A stretch of DNA of 64,000 nt from Hemiscyllium ocellatum. Lineage: Eukaryota. Shown here piece after piece: positions 34,140 through 49,000 of the stretch. The notes below the pieces were generated by a model, which made no database searches, was not told the origin of the DNA, and was given only the letters and a program-made list of their open reading frames with translations. Location of the stretch: assembly GCF_020745735.1 (NCBI RefSeq), contig NC_083417.1, forward strand, positions 71,982,001 through 72,046,000, given 5' to 3'. Each line of letters opens with the position of its first letter. The first letter of the stretch is position 1. The position numbers were made by a program, and so were the translations under genes.

Positions 34140-36030
34140 GTGAGGTCTGTTTGATTGGTGGTTGTGAACGTTGTGCCCTTTTTCAAGAAGGGCCCCCCAA
34201 AAAAACCTGGGAACAAGAGACCCGTAAGCCGAACATCTGTGGTGGGTACGTTAGTTGAAAAGATTCTGAGGGTAAGATATGCATGCATTTATATGTCATG
34301 TTGTTGTTGTACAGGACATTGGTTTGGCCACTTTTGTAACATTGCGTGCAATTCTGGTCTCCTTCCTCGGTTGCAGACGCTGTGAAACTTGGCAGGGTTG
34401 AGAAAAGATTGACAAGGATGTTGCCAGGCTTGGAGAATTGTAGCTCTCGGGAGAGGCTGTGTAGGCTGCGGCTGTTTTCCCTGGAGCATCGTAGGCTGAG
34501 AGGTGACCATATATAGGTTTATAACATCATGAGAGGCATGAATAGGATAAATAGACAAAGTTTCTTCACTGGGGTGGGGCGTCGAGGACTAGAGGACACT
34601 GGTTTAGGGTGAGAGGGGAAAAATATAGAAGAGAACTAAGGGACAACTTTTTCACAGAGAGGGTGGCACAAGTATGGAATGAGCCATCAGTGGAAGTGGT
34701 GGAAGCTAGTACAATTGCAACATTTAAAAGGCATCTGCATGGGTATATGAATAGGAAGGTTTTGGAGGTATAGAGGCAGGGTGCTAGCAGGCAGGAGTAG
34801 ATTTAGTTGGGATATCTGGTCGGCATGGACTAGTTGTTTCCATGCTGTACATCTCAATGATTCTGTGACGGGTTTGATTAGGGATAATCGACATATCTTT
34901 GTGCATGGGAGGTCCTGCCTCCGAAATATAAAGTTTTTTTCCACGAAGTGGCCAGCAAGCGACGAGGGCAGGGTGGTAAACATAGTCTGTATGGTTTTCT
35001 GTAAGGTTTTTGATGAGGTTTCACGTGGTAATTTGCTCTAGAAGATCACATGGCATGGAATCCAGGGGGAGCAGGCAAATTGGATACACAGTTGGCTCGA
35101 TTGTAGGAAGCTGAGGGGAATAGTGGAAGGATGTTTGTCGGACGGAGGCCTGTGACGAGTGGGGTGCCTCAGGATTCGCTGCTGTATCTATTGCTGCTGG
35201 TTTTTGATATCAACGATTTGGACTGGAATGTACAGACATGATTAGTAACTTTGTGGATGACACTAACATAGGCAGTATCGTGCACAGTGAGGAAGGTTAT
35301 TAGAAATTTTAGCAGTACCTTGATCAGCTGGGATATTGGGCCAAGAAATGGCGAATGTGGTTCAGTGTAGAGAAGTGTGAGGTCTTGCATTTTGGGAAGT
35401 CAAATCAAAGTAAGAGTTTCATGTCGAATGGTAAGTCCTTAAGGATTGTACTGCAACAGAAGGGCCTTGGAGATCAGGGGCATGGTTCTCTCCAAGTAGA
35501 CAGGGAGACAGGGCAGTGAAGAAGGCTTTTGGCACACTGGCCTTCATTAGTCAGTGCATTGAGTATAAAAGTTGTGAAATTATGTTGCAGTTATACAGGA
35601 CGTTGCTGAGGTTGACTTGGCGTATTGTGTTCCAATTTTGGTCACGTTGTTATAGGGAGGATGTTATTAAACTAGAAAGAATGCAGAAGAAATTTGCAAG
35701 GAAGTTTCCAGGATTCAACTAACTGAATTGTAGGGAGAGGTTGGCCAAACTCGGACTTTTTACAAAGGAGACGGAGGGGTTTTTTGAAATGTACAAAATC
35801 AAAAGGAGCATGGATAGGGTGAATAAGCTCAGTCTTTTCCACCGGGTTGGCGAATTGCAGAGTAGAGGGTATCACTTAACGCTTAGAGGGGAAAGAATAA
35901 AAGTGAACCTGAGGGCAACGTTTTTACAGAGTGTGGTACTCATATGGAATGAGGTGACAGCAGAAGTGGTTGAGGCAGGTACAGTAATTACATTTAAGGG
36001 ACATTTGGACAAATACATGGTTAGGCAAAC
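34140..36030 (+). mobile_element. CR1 fragments, unit 2 copy
   Basis: Paralog of 12990-14880. Confidence 0.85.
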
Positions 36031-37760
36031 TACAACAAATTAAAGTTCCAACATAGTAAATAAGCAAAGAATCGGATTGCATTAAATTTTTAGACATAAA
36101 TAATCGTAAATAATTGAGTAGATTTTATATATTTCTGCACTGCCGCAGTAAGACAACACTCAGTGTATTGCGCTCAATTTTGATTTCTTTACTTCCGAAA
36201 TTGTTGGTTTGTAGACCGTGCACATCATGCTCTTTAGATTCACTCGCGATATCAGAATACTATTCCATTGAGCAAGATTTAATTCATAAATCTATATTCC
36301 CTGGCATTTAGTATAATCCAAGGTGAAATTATTGAAGGTGTAAACAAGAATGGCTTCATCAGCTTAATTCATGTTTCATGCTTTTGCTCTTGGATCTGAT
36401 CGGAACTTGTTCTCCAAAAGACCTGCTCATTCTGGACCCGGATGAGCAGCTGTTCCTTCTCCCCTCAGTGTTGTAAGGTCTACAGAAGCTTCTACGTTAG
36501 ATGAATATGATTTTCTCAGCTTAAAGGACACTTCTAAGTGGCAACATGGACCATCCTGCTCAGTTTTTTTTCTTGTTTGAAAAGCATCTGACACATCTAA
36601 TTATTGTGAAAATACCCCACAAATTCAACTATTCAGGACAGATAAGGATACATTTTTGGTTTTACTATGGGAATCAAGGAATGTGCAGGAAATGTAGAAA
36701 GATGGAATGGAGGTGATTATCAGCAAACATCCGAACAAATAGCGTAGTCCCATTCTTATTCCTGTTGATATATTGTATTAAATGTAAACAAAACATTAAT
36801 GGACTGGGCACGCAGTAGTGATTTGCATATATGGGCAATAGTGAAATTAAACAAAAGACAGAGTTTAACAAAAATAATCGATACCCTCAGGCGAAAGCAG
36901 ATCACCTAGATAATATATAGGATGTCTAATTTGTCATCACAAGGAATGGATCGACGTGAGGACGGATTTAAGGTAAATCCAGGCCAGTTCACGAGGTATC
37001 CCTTAATAGAACACTATTGCATTGTCGTTTGTGACGTAAAAAGAGTTGGGAGGATGATGGTGTGGAGCATACTAAATGGCTCAGTCCTGTTGACTTCCCG
37101 TGCTTTAAAGATTAAGATCATCTGCTTAGCAATGCTATGCGACATGACTGACCAAGTAAATCGTCTGATCAAATAAAATCTAACTGGACAACGGTCTTCG
37201 ATATTCTGCATTCCCATTTAAAATGTATGCCAGTAATGCATTTATTCCATTGCTTTTGCAGGAATCTAGAGATTGAAGACTAAACTAACGTTCAATTGCC
37301 AGAGGCGAGCAACGGTTACATCGCCTGCACCTTCCACCAACTCTATCAATCACAATATAGTTCACAAAGAACCCTCCACCTGCACAGATATTAGTAGAAG
37401 GTTATTGCATTGTGATTTGTGACGCAGGGTGGGAGGATGTTTGTGTAGAACATAAACTGTGGCTGAGGCCTGTTCAGTTCCAGTGCTGTAAACATCAAGA
37501 TAAACCGCTAAGTAATGCGATACGACATGACAAGTGAATAACACGTGACTGGACAGCGGTCTTCACCGCTTTTCCTTCCTATTTCAAAACCGTGACAGAA
37601 ATGCATTGATTCTCGTGCTTTTGCAGGATTCGTGAGATTTGCACAAAATAAAACAAAAAAAAACTTTATTTATCAGAATCTAGTTTTTGCTACAACTCCC
37701 ACTCCTTCTTCCACTTCCATTCAGTGACGGTGTAGTTCATGAGCAACTTAACGCATAAAG

Positions 37761-38860
37761 TTACCCTTTGTATTCAACTAATACAACTTCCCCGAGTAAC
37801 TGTAATATCATTGAACATTGTTGGAGTTCATGGATTCCAGGGGTTCCCGCTTCCCTTGCACATCTCGACCCCTGCATACTCCTCTGTTTTCGTCTTGACA
37901 TTTTCTCGAAGGTGGTGAGATTCAAAGACGCATTCATCAGTTCACCAACTGTGCGGTGCTTAGCCTGCGTGAGAACGAATGAATTATGAGGACGTCTTCT
38001 GACTCTGTTTAATAAAATCATTCAGGTTGTCCGTGTACATTATCGGATTTATATTAGAGTGATCCCGGTTGGAATTGTTAATTTTCAACACAGTACCTGC
38101 GCATCGACAACTCTTCCTTCATTAACGGTCTCCCAGTTTTTCTTGTGTCGCTGAAGTTGAGAACCTCATAAATCGGACTCACTGTTTCTCTGACGCGTTT
38201 GATCTGAGGAGAAGTTTGCGGAAACTTTCGCCACATGTGAATTTAGAAAGAAAGGTACTGTAAACGCAATAGTATTACATGTTGGGGGTGACCAGTTGCT
38301 GCATATCAGGGCTGTGCGATCACCGGTGCCAAGCCCAGCAGGTCTTATTCCGACCCGTTCACAGAAATAATCATTCAAGTTCCTCACTCAGAGTATGTCC
38401 TGCACTCTTGTCCTCAAAGTCATCCTTAATAAACGGGGGTCCAGCAAATCAGTGAAAACAAAATACTTACATATTTGCAAAGAGGTTTCAGCCAGAACAG
38501 CCAAGTGTATGATTCATCTTGATTTCCTCCTGTGCTCCACAGTATTACAAATGCCCGTCTTCAGGCAATCCAATACGCTTCATTTGCAATCATTAAACAG
38601 TCGGAGAGACTGGAGATTACAAATGCACTGTGACAGCAGACTTCTGCTCCAGAATTTGCCGCAACCCTAGCCAAGCTGTTCTGTATACCCCAACCCAGGC
38701 ATCTGTGCAAAACTGCAGAAAAGAATCGGGGTGTGTCCAGATATGCGAATAGTATGATAAAGCAAATACTGTCCCATCAATCTACGACCTGTTATCTGCT
38801 TTTTCCACTCAGCACCTGATTTCATTCCAGACTTCACAGGACTCTTTGCAATTCTCCAGG
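37761..38860 (-). pseudogene. Orphan tail cassette, unit 2 (A' 38097-38203; B' from 37964 with a 13-bp frameshifting deletion)
   Basis: A' = IKRVRETVSPIYEVLNFSD..., 107 nt versus 111 nt. B' lacks CCGCCGGTTCGTT and reads ...RRKQRSMQGSRC... Confidence 0.75.
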
Positions 38861-38881
38861 AGCTTCTGGTTTTATTGTAGA

Positions 38882-39192
38882 TTAGATTAGATTAGACTTA
38901 CAGTGTGGAAACAGGCCCTTCGGCCCAACAAGTCCACACCGACCCGCCGAAGCGCAACCCCCCCATACCCCGACATTTACCCCTTACCTAACACTATGGG
39001 CAATTTTAGCTTGGCCAATTCACCTGACCCGCACATCTTTGTGACTGTGGGAGGAAACTGGAGCACCCGGAGAAAACCCACGCAGACACGGGGAGAACGT
39101 GCAAACTCCACACAGTCAGTCGCCTGAGTCGAGAATTGAACCCCGGTCTACAGGCGCTGTGAGGCAGCAGTGCTAACCACTGTGCCACCGTG
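38882..39192 (-). mobile_element. Young, near full-length HE1-type SINE found only in unit 2
   Basis: A box TGGCACAGTGG, B box GGTTCAATTC, (CTAAT)n tail. Equivalent sites at about 17690 and 59870 are empty. Confidence 0.85.
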
Positions 39193-42100
39193 ACTTGTTA
39201 AATTCCCATCATTTGCAGCACTCTGGTTTGTTTTAATCAGACGTTTGGGAAAAGCATAATATGATTAGGCAGAGTCAAAGGGGACTATTAGGTGAAAAAT
39301 TATAGTGGGTAATACCATGATATTTCTTGACGATACAATTGTTAGGACAGATGAGAGGGAAGTACTGGTTACAGTTAGAGAACAAAGAATGCGCTCAGTT
39401 TTGACAGGAAAGGTTATTAGAAATAATCTGACTCATGAGATTTGAGATAATATATTACCATAGATTGAACATTAGCGATCAGGTAGAAGTTGGAAAAGTC
39501 AACGATTTTTATTTTGTGGAATGGGAAGGTAAAGCATTTTCCAGTGCAGGGTCACAAGGATTTGTGCTTGAGACTTAGCAATATATAATCTGTATCAGTG
39601 ACCGATATGAAGTTAGGCAAATGTAATTAGCTCAGATGCTCTACAATATGGAAACAGGCCCTTCAGCCCAACAAGTCCACACACACCCTCCGAGTGTAAC
39701 TCACCCAAACCTATTCCCCTACCCCAAAATCAACCCTGACTAATGCACCTAACATTATGGGCAATTTAGCATGGCTAATTCACCTGACCCGCACATCTTT
39801 GGATTGTGGGAGGAAACCAGACTACCCGGAGGAAACCCATGCAGACACGGGGAGAATGTGCAAACTCCACACAGACAGTTGTCGGGGCAGGAATCGAACG
39901 CAGGATCATAACACAGTGAGGCAGCAGTGCCAACCACAGAGCCCCCATGCACCATGAAAAGCTGCTAACATTGCCCAATAACCACTCAAATTATGTAATG
40001 TAGAATCCCTAGAGTGTAGGAAGAGGATATTCGGCACAACAAATCCAGACTGATTCCCCAGACTAGTTTACTTAACTTGCACGCTAAGCACACTTTGACA
40101 TGACCATCTAACATGCCTGTCTATGAATTTTTGGGGGAAAACGGAATGACCGGAAGAAAGTTGCGCATAGAATTGGAAACTCCACAAAGTCACCCGAAAC
40201 AGGTGTCGAAGGCGGGTCGCTGACATCGTGAAATAGCAGCGCTAACCACTGAACCACTGTGCTGCCCTGCGGCGCTGCCTTTTGGGAAGGCAAATCAGCG
40301 CAGGAATTTTACACTTAATGGTAAGGTTCTGGGAAGTGTGACTGAACAAAGAGACCTTGGAGTGCAGTCGCAGGCAGACAGGATAGGGAAGAGGACGTTT
40401 GATACACTTGTCTTTATTGGTCAATGCATTGCACGTAAGAGTTGGGTGGTCATGTTGCGGCTGGAGACATGTCGTTGGTTTGGATGTTGTGAAACTTGAA
40501 AGGGGTAAGAAAACAATGACATGAATGTTGCCAGTGTTGGAAGTTTTGAGCGAGAGAGAGAGAGAGGTTGAACAGGCTGGAGCTATTTTCACTGAGGCGT
40601 CGGAAGCTGATGGGTGACCTCATAGAGGTTTATAAAATCATGAGGATCATGGAGAGTGTAAATAGACAAGGTCTTTTCCCCAGAGTGGGGGAGTCTAAAA
40701 CTAGAGGGCGTAGCATTATGGTGAGAAAGGAAATATTTTAAAAGGACCTAAGGGGGAACCTATTCACGCAGAGAGTGGTGCGTGTATGGAATGTGCTTCC
40801 AGAGGAAGTGGCGGAGATTGGTACTATTACAACATTTAAAAGGCACTTGGGTGGGTTAATGGGTCGGTAGGGTTTAAAGTGATATGGGTAAAATCCTGGC
40901 TGATGGGACTTCATTAATGTAGAATCCCTGTTCGGCTTGGACAAATTGGACCGTTTCCGTGATGTACTTAATGACTCTGAGTGACTCTAAGCTCGATATT
41001 ATAACTTTGTGACTCTGAGCGATTACTCGTTTTCAATCAGTGTTTTCAGTCAAGACTGTCTCTTGATCGAGGAACCACGCAAGAGCTAGAGCACAGTTTG
41101 TGAAGTGTGAAGTTATATCATTTGAAGTGATTAAAGTGAGTAACGAAAATGTATATGATGCCGAAGGCCCGGGGAAATTTGTTTCACGGTCGTTTAGGAG
41201 ACTTAAGGAGGAACCAGAACAAATAATCATTCCAACACAGTAAGCAATCAGGGAATCTGATCACGTGACATTCTGATTAGACATGAATTATAATATACAA
41301 CTTAAAGAGATTTTACACAATTGTGCAGTACTTCAATAAGATGGCATTCATTGTATTGGTTTCAATTTTCATTTCTTTACTAAAGAAAGCATACACTTGT
41401 TTTGAAAACCATACACCAAATTTTTTTTAGATTCACGCAAGGTTTCAGAGAATTCTTCTGTGCAGCAAGGTTTAATTCATCACAGCATTAACTAACTTTA
41501 ACCAGACGCCATCTCATTGGAAGATGTAAAAATAATCAAATCATAATCTTGGTGGAGTTAATGTAGGAAATCATTGCTATGAGCGATGGCCAAAATCACT
41601 TCTTCTCAAAAAGGGACTGATCAGATGAGGAGAACTTCCTTCCTTCAAGGTGTTGTAGATCTTTCGACTCCTCAACCTAACAGGAATATGTCTAGTTCAG
41701 CAGGGAATTGCTCCTATATTGCTATATCGACCATCCTGCGAAGTATCTTTGTTTGTTTATAAGTTATCTAAGACATCTGGCAATAGTCAAAAGTGAAAGA
41801 AACGTTATTTTGTCTATTCAAGACAGACATGCATTCTTTTATGGGCATTCAGGTGATCATGACTTGTACTGAGAGTGTCTGAGGCAATTATGGTCAAAGA
41901 ACCTATTCTGTTTCTAGTCCTTATAACAGATGTCATTACGTTTGTACAATATATTCATTGAGTTGGCTGAAAGGAGATATTTACATTTATGGGCGGTGCG
42001 GGAAATAGAAGTTGGAAACAAAAAAAGTCTCTAATTAGGAAAAAGGTGTGGAGAAAATAAAACACCCGGGAAAGGTTTAGAACGTGTTATTCACCATCGC

Positions 42101-42949
42101 AAAGAATGAATGGACTTGAGAATGGATTTAGGAGGAACCTGGACAAGTTCATGAGGGAGACATTAATAGAAGGCTATTGCATTCGGTTTTGTGAAGTAGG
42201 GCAGGATGGTGGAAATTCGTCCAGAACATCAAGTGCGGCCTCGACCTGTTCAGTTCCTGTGTAGACATTAATATAGATTGCTCAGCAATACTATCTCATT
42301 ATTAAATAGTCTGATGCACAATATTTTGATGTGAAGATGCCGATGTTGGGCAGAGATAGACAAAACTGAAAATCACACGACACTAGATTTGAATCCAACA
42401 AGGACTATCATTTTGGACTATAACCTTGTTTCCTATGATTTTCAATTTTGACTACAATTTGACTGAAAGAGGGGGAACACTGCGGGCTCACAACACCAGG
42501 AACCAGGGCTGGATTTCACCCTCAGTTGTTATCTGTGTGGAGTAGCACATTCTCCCCGTGTCTGCGCGGGTTTTCGCCCCGTCCTCCGGTTTCCTCCTGT
42601 GCAGGCAAGGTGGATTGGCAATGGGAAATGCAGGTTTACAAGCATTGGGTGGGATGAATTTCGGAGGATCAGCGTGGACTCTATGGGCCCAATGGCCTGC
42701 TTTCACACTGTAGGGATTCAATGATTTTCATCATTCCCATTTAACACAATGACAATAATGGATTTATTCCATTGCTTTTACCGGAATCGAAGGCTTTGAA
42801 GGATAAACAGTGGTTCAGCAATTAGAATGCACCACCGATTAAGGTATCGTTCACAATCAACCCATCACCTCTGGCTTGTTGTCATTTTCAAATAAACAAA
42901 ACAAAAGCAACTTTTCTGTAACTGTACTATCACTGAATATTGTTGGAGT

Positions 42950-43096
42950 TCATGGAATCCAGGCGTTTCCGCTTCCCTTTTTTATTTTGACCTCTGCATA
43001 CTCCGCCTCCTTTTTATTTGGTTTTCTTGCCGTTTTCTCGGAAGCGGAAAGATTCAAAGACGCGTAGGTCAGTTCGCCATCTGTCCGGTGCTTTGT
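42950..43096 (-). CDS. Gene C terminal ITIM exon
   Basis: TKHRTDGELTYASL...AEYAEV...WIP*. Confidence 0.85.
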   Translation of the reverse strand, partial: TKHRTDGELTYASLNLSASEKTARKPNKKEAEYAEVKIKKGSGNAWIP

Positions 43097-46000
43097 CTGT
43101 AATAAAACAATGAAATATAAGTAGTTTCTGCTACTCACTTTAATAAAATTATTCAGGCTGTCGGTGTACATCACCAAGCTGAAAATCACACAACACCAGG
43201 TTGTAGTCCAACAAGTTTAATTAGAAGCAAGACCTATCGGAGCACCCCTCCTTCATCCGATGTTTGTAGAGTACACAATTGTAAGACACAGAATTTATAG
43301 TAAAAGTTTACAGTGTGATGTAACTGAAACACCAATCTGTGCAGACACGAATTGTTAAGGTTAACCTGAGAATGTAACTTTAAAACAAAGTTTTGTGATT
43401 TACATATGAAAGAAGCGAAACTAACATTGTCATTCTAAAAGATGAGAGACTTAACAAACAATGCAAGGTATTTTGCAATGTGTAATTTCAGTTACATCAC
43501 ACTGTAAACTTTTGCTATAAATTCTGTGTCTTAAAATTGTGTACTCCAGAACCACTTGAGGAAGGAGCGGCTCTCCGAAAGCTTGTGCTTCCAATTAAAC
43601 CTGCTGGACTACAACCTGGTGTTGTGCGATTTTTAACTTTGTACACACCAGTCCAACACCGGCATCTCCAAATCGTACATGACTAAGGTCAGACGTGTGT
43701 TAGAGCGGTCCCCATTGGAAAACCGATGGTTAATTTTCATGACAGTACCTGCGCATACACAAAGCTCTCTTTCTGCGATAGTAGTTTTGCAGGTTTCCTC
43801 TCTCCGCTGAAGTGGAGAGCAGCATAAATCGGACTCACTGCCTCTCTGTCCCGATTGACCTGAGGAAGGTTTTGCAGAAAGATTAGCCAGCAAGTTTAAA
43901 AAAATGTAATCACAAATCGAGCTGTGCTTCTGCTCCTGACTGAAGAGCAGGCCAACTGAACCTAACAAAACGCAAACATTTAAAATGTCTTCGAGAGTTG
44001 CGGGCTTGTCTGGACTCGACGTCATTGTCCCAATGGATCACTGTCTCGTGTTCATATCAGAGCGATGCACTGGGGACACCGTGAACTCGATATGCGTGCC
44101 GTCGAAGTACACCGTCTGAGATTCCTGGAGAATGGATAGAAATTACCCGTATGTAGACAACATCCCACTCACAGTTTCGTTCTCGTTGTCATAAGTAGGA
44201 ACTGACCTGTTCCTCAAATTGGCTGTTCATGTCCTCAGCAGTCGCGTTGCCTGTCAGAGAACCGAATGGCATTACACACATGATCATTTTCACAATGTAT
44301 CACAAGCCCGCAAGAAATTAAGCCCCATTGAAGCAAAGTGAGCAGGCTCGCCGAACGCTAACATTCTGCTATATATCTGGATGAGATGAGCTGCACATTA
44401 TGCGCACTGCACTTGAAGATTTCATTCCAGACTGCCCGTCCCCTTTCTCTCCTACTGCAGCAGTGACATGGAACAAGAGATGAAAGCCCAGTACAGAATC
44501 AGGAAAAAAATCAAGTCTCACCAGTTGTTTTGTCTAATTTGCACCCCTTGAAGACAATTCCCAGAACTAAAATCATAATCCCGCCTGCTGCACAACCAAA
44601 GACTAAGGCGTAGTAGAAAGTACGGTCTTGGTTACCTATAGGGGACAGAGAAAGTGTAATGTTAGCATTTTTAAAAGCAGATGATACAACGTATTCGACA
44701 ACTCCAGGTTACAGACTACACTCACATTAAAACCGTCTCTGCCACATTCCTGCTGCTTATCCCCGAACGCAAGGCTACGTTGTCCCTTTATCGACCAACT
44801 AATTGAACCACAAAGCGCCTATCCATTTCGAAAACACCAGCATGTGTTTAATTAATGACCGTATTTGATTTAATGAATATACAGCATTGTTTAAAATCCC
44901 TCCGCGAATTAGCGCGTATTTACCAGGTGTAAAGATCTCTACCTCGTTCCACACGTCATTCAAACAGGCGAAAAAATTGACCCTGTGCCCATCATTTACG
45001 AACATGCTTCCTATATTCTTATCCCAATCATTTAGATACAAGCACTGGACACCGCCTTGATCCATGCGGGACACCACTGGTCACAAGACTCGAGTCCGAA
45101 AAGCAGTTTTCTACCACCATCCTGTCTCTTCCCGTCAAACCAATTTTGTGTCCAATTGTCCAGCTCTCCTGGAATTCCACGTGATCTAATTTTACTAACA
45201 AGTCTGCCAAGCGGAATCTTGCCGAAGGAACATGTACCAAAAGACTGGATGATTACATCAGCTTTTACTATTGGCGCATGGGATATGGGTATCTGTGACT
45301 GAGGCAGCATTTGTTGTCCATTTCTTTGTAGTAGAGTCGCTGTTGTAACATATGTATTGCAGCATCGCTTATGGACACTGTTTTTGAAAGGCCAATGTGA
45401 TAGTGATCAGACCATGTAATTCTGTGATGTGGATTTCGGGGGATAAGTATTCACGCAGGGCTTACTTGCTGTTCTGCAAAATGGCGTGCTAGATGTTTTG
45501 TTCCTACGTGAAGGGACAATCGGTTCAAGCAGATTTTCCTCCTCCTCGGATGCTGCCTGACCTGCTGTGCATTTCCAGTACCACCTTAATCTTGAGTCTA
45601 ATCTCCAGCATCTACAGTACCCACTTTAGCCGCAGAAAGACCGCACCTTCAACTGAGCAATACTGCCTCTGCACTGCGGGGCTCTGCCAAATCATTGTGC
45701 TCCGGATCGGAAGAGGAATTGACCCTACGGCCTTCAAAAACAGAAATGAGCGATCAGACCAACTGAGGTGCGTACCAAGGCAGTATCCACGGAGTGCCCA
45801 GGAAGTGAATGGAGAGCGAGTGGCGTCTGATGTTGGACGCATTACGGTGATGGAGATAAGGAGGACAAGAAAGTGGGAGATGAATATAGAGAGAAAGAAT
45901 AACTTTGATTTTTCCAATAAGACCAAGAGTGAATTGGAGAGAGAGAGAAAGAGAGAGAGAAAGACCGACTGAGCGCGAGAGCAAGAAAGTGTTTATCATC

Positions 46001-49000
46001 AGTTTTGTTGATGAAACCTCGCGTCAGACGATGAAACTGGCCACAGATATGCTGGTTCCCGGACACAGTGCAGATGCAGTGCAGGCCGGTTTCTGTTTGT
46101 GGTAAATTTTGAACTGACGGCTTTGTAACACTTCAAATCTGTTTTTAACTTTGGCTGAAGTGCCAAGCATCCGGGAACGGAATGGACTCTTGCATTTTTA
46201 ATATTGATGACAGATGTTAGGTTCCTCTGTATATCAAAAAGGGAAAACCGGTGACCCTTACCGTGATCCGGAATTTTGTCGCTGATGTTTGCCGGGACGC
46301 TGAGTGTGATGTGAGAAATCTGGCAGGTGTAGACTGACCCCTTCTCCGGAAGACTGAGCTCGCTGGAAACGTAAAATAAACCCTCTCCGTTCAGAATTTT
46401 CCTGATGTTGATGCCAGGCGTGATTTCGGAGAAATTTTTATACCACACGAGTTCAAACTGCCCGGGGAAGAAGCCAGCTGTTGTGCAGAAGAGAGCGAGG
46501 AAGGGCGAGTACTGGCGGGTTATCTTCAGCGGGGTTGGCGGCACTGGAACACAATAACAATCAATAAATCAACATCCGAAGTTGTGTGTGACTTGGACAG
46601 AAGACAGAACAGAACAGCCTGTCAAAAGGCATAGACGTGTTTTGAATGTTGGAGTGAATTTTTTTAAATCACCCTAATAATGTTAACAAATAAAGTTTCA
46701 ATTCTGAAACTTAAAATCGATGTATACTTGTTAAACCTCTCCTTTTTTATTCAGCTAGAAAGTGGAGATAAATGGAGTGGACAAAACCATGCACAAAACA
46801 GACAAAATGTTGGACGAGGCACGTATTCTGCACACGCAGCTCTGAATCTATATTGAATAAACAGTGGTCACAGTTAGTCAGAGTCCATACTAAATAATCG
46901 CCAGTTTCATCAGACACCCTCAGTTTATTGTCCATTGAACAATCACTGGTTCAATTGGATGCCAGAAATTCAAAGTCTACTCAATGGATCCACCAGACAT
47001 TCTCAATCCACAGTTTGCATTTAATTATAACTGGTCCCATCAAAAGCCTCCATCTCAAGTCCAGGATTGTTCGTGTCTTTGTATTTAGGTTTCAATGAAC
47101 GACGTTTGAAGATGGGTAAAAACGGGGCGTTCAGTTTCTATCACTAGCGTGACACTATCGCAAATACAAGCTTAATCCAATTTACTTTTCACTCCCTTTC
47201 TTTTTTCTTTCTCGTTTCGATTATTGAGCTTGGAATTTAACCCTCTACCCGTCTGTCCGAAGGTACATTTGCATTTGAGATCAATCCAACCTCTACCCGC
47301 AACTGTTAAAAACTGCAATAAAAACATAGCATCCTAAAGTCAAGAATTCCTTTGTTTGCTCGGCCCCGCCCCTCAAAAGATGCCAAATAGCCAACTTTTT
47401 TCAAGGAAAGGTATACATGCAATGTTGGTGTTTCTATCGATTTCATATTCTATTTCCTATTTCCAATTGCCCTTGCGAAGATGGGAGTAAGCTGTCTTCT
47501 TGCACCACGGCAACCCACGGAGGTATGCCTGCACCCGTAATGTTGCAAAGAAAGGAGTTTCAGAATTTTGACCCAGCGACACTATTATGGGAATAGTGAT
47601 ACATTTCAAAGTTGGGATGTTGAAAGCTTTGGAAGGGAAGTTGTAGGTGGTCATATTACCATGTATCTGCTGCTGTGGTCTTTGTAGGTGCTGTTGACGA
47701 ATATTGAGTGAATTTCGACATTGCGTATCCTCTAAACTTTTCCTATTCATACGCCCACCCAGATGCCTTTAAATGTTGTAATTGTACAAGTATCCACGAG
47801 CATTCTAGCCTTGTACTAGCCTTCTCACAGCTTATTCCATGCACTCACCACACTCCTCGTGAAAATTTGCCCCTTAGGTCCATTTTAAATTATTCCCCTC
47901 TCACCCTAAAACTTTCCACTGTGGTTCTGTACTCCCCCATTCCAGGGAAAAGACCTTGTCTCTTTAATTTATCACGCCCGTCATGATTTTATAAACCTCT
48001 ATCAGGTCACCCCAAAGCCGCTGACGCTCCAGCGAAACCAACTCAAGCCTATTCAGCCCCTGCCGATAGGACAAATTGTCCAAGCCTGGCTGCATCTTTG
48101 TAAAGCTTTTCTGATCGCTTTCAAGATTCACAACATCCTTCTGGTAGGAAGGAGATCAGAATTGCATACCGTATTCCAAATGTTGCCTCACCAATCAACA
48201 TGCACTCCAAGATCTCTGTTCAGCAACATTTACCAGGACGTTCCCATTATGTGTATAAGTTCTACCCTGATTTGCTTTTCCAAAATGCAGTACCTCACAT
48301 TTGTCTAATTAAACTCCATCTGCCACTCTTCTGCCCAGTGGCCATCTGATCAAGTTCTTGTTGTTCTCTGAGGTAACCTTCTTCGCTGTCCACAGCACCT
48401 GCAATTTTGTTATCGTCTACTAAATTACTTACTTTACCTCCTATGTTCGCATCCAAGTCATTTATGTAAATGACGAAAAGCAGTGAACCCAGCAGCGATC
48501 CTTATGGCACACCACTGGTCATAGGCCTCCAGTCAGAAAGGCGATCCTCCATGACCATCCTCTGTTTTCTACCTTTGAGCCAGTTCCCTATCCAAATGGC
48601 TAATTCTCCCTGTATTCCGTGTGATATAAACTTGAAGGCAGCCTACCACGAGGAACCTTGTCCAACCCAGTTCATGTAGATCCTTTGGGAAATATGTTGG
48701 TTTCCCAGTGGAGCACACATTCTTCACACAATGTGAATTTGAACAACATGCGATCTTTGCATCTTCTCAGGATTGCATTTATTCATTTCCTCATTGATCA
48801 TTTGCTTCGTGCCTCCAAACCTCATTTTCAATTGACAAAATCCTGTTGCAATCCCAGGCCAACATCTGGTATGGATGATGCCACTACCCATTTCAAAGGC
48901 AGAGTTGCATTACAAAACAGGCCAGTTACATTTGAAGCTGGTGCACAGACTTGAGCAAGTGCCTCGAGGACCTATCTAATATTCAGAAAAAAAAATCACT

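Larger units (their letters stand above)
24458..45851. repeat. Tandem segmental duplication unit 2 (about 21.4 kb)
   Basis: Collinear with unit 1. Confidence 0.92.

Noticed and set aside
39120-39192. tRNA gene
   Set aside because: A and B boxes belong to the tRNA-derived head of a SINE that continues into the SINE body and CR1-like tail.
3064-45852. Identical 21,394-bp spacing of the unit anchor
   Set aside because: Other anchors give 21.0-21.4 kb and the units have different indels, so the equality is coincidental.
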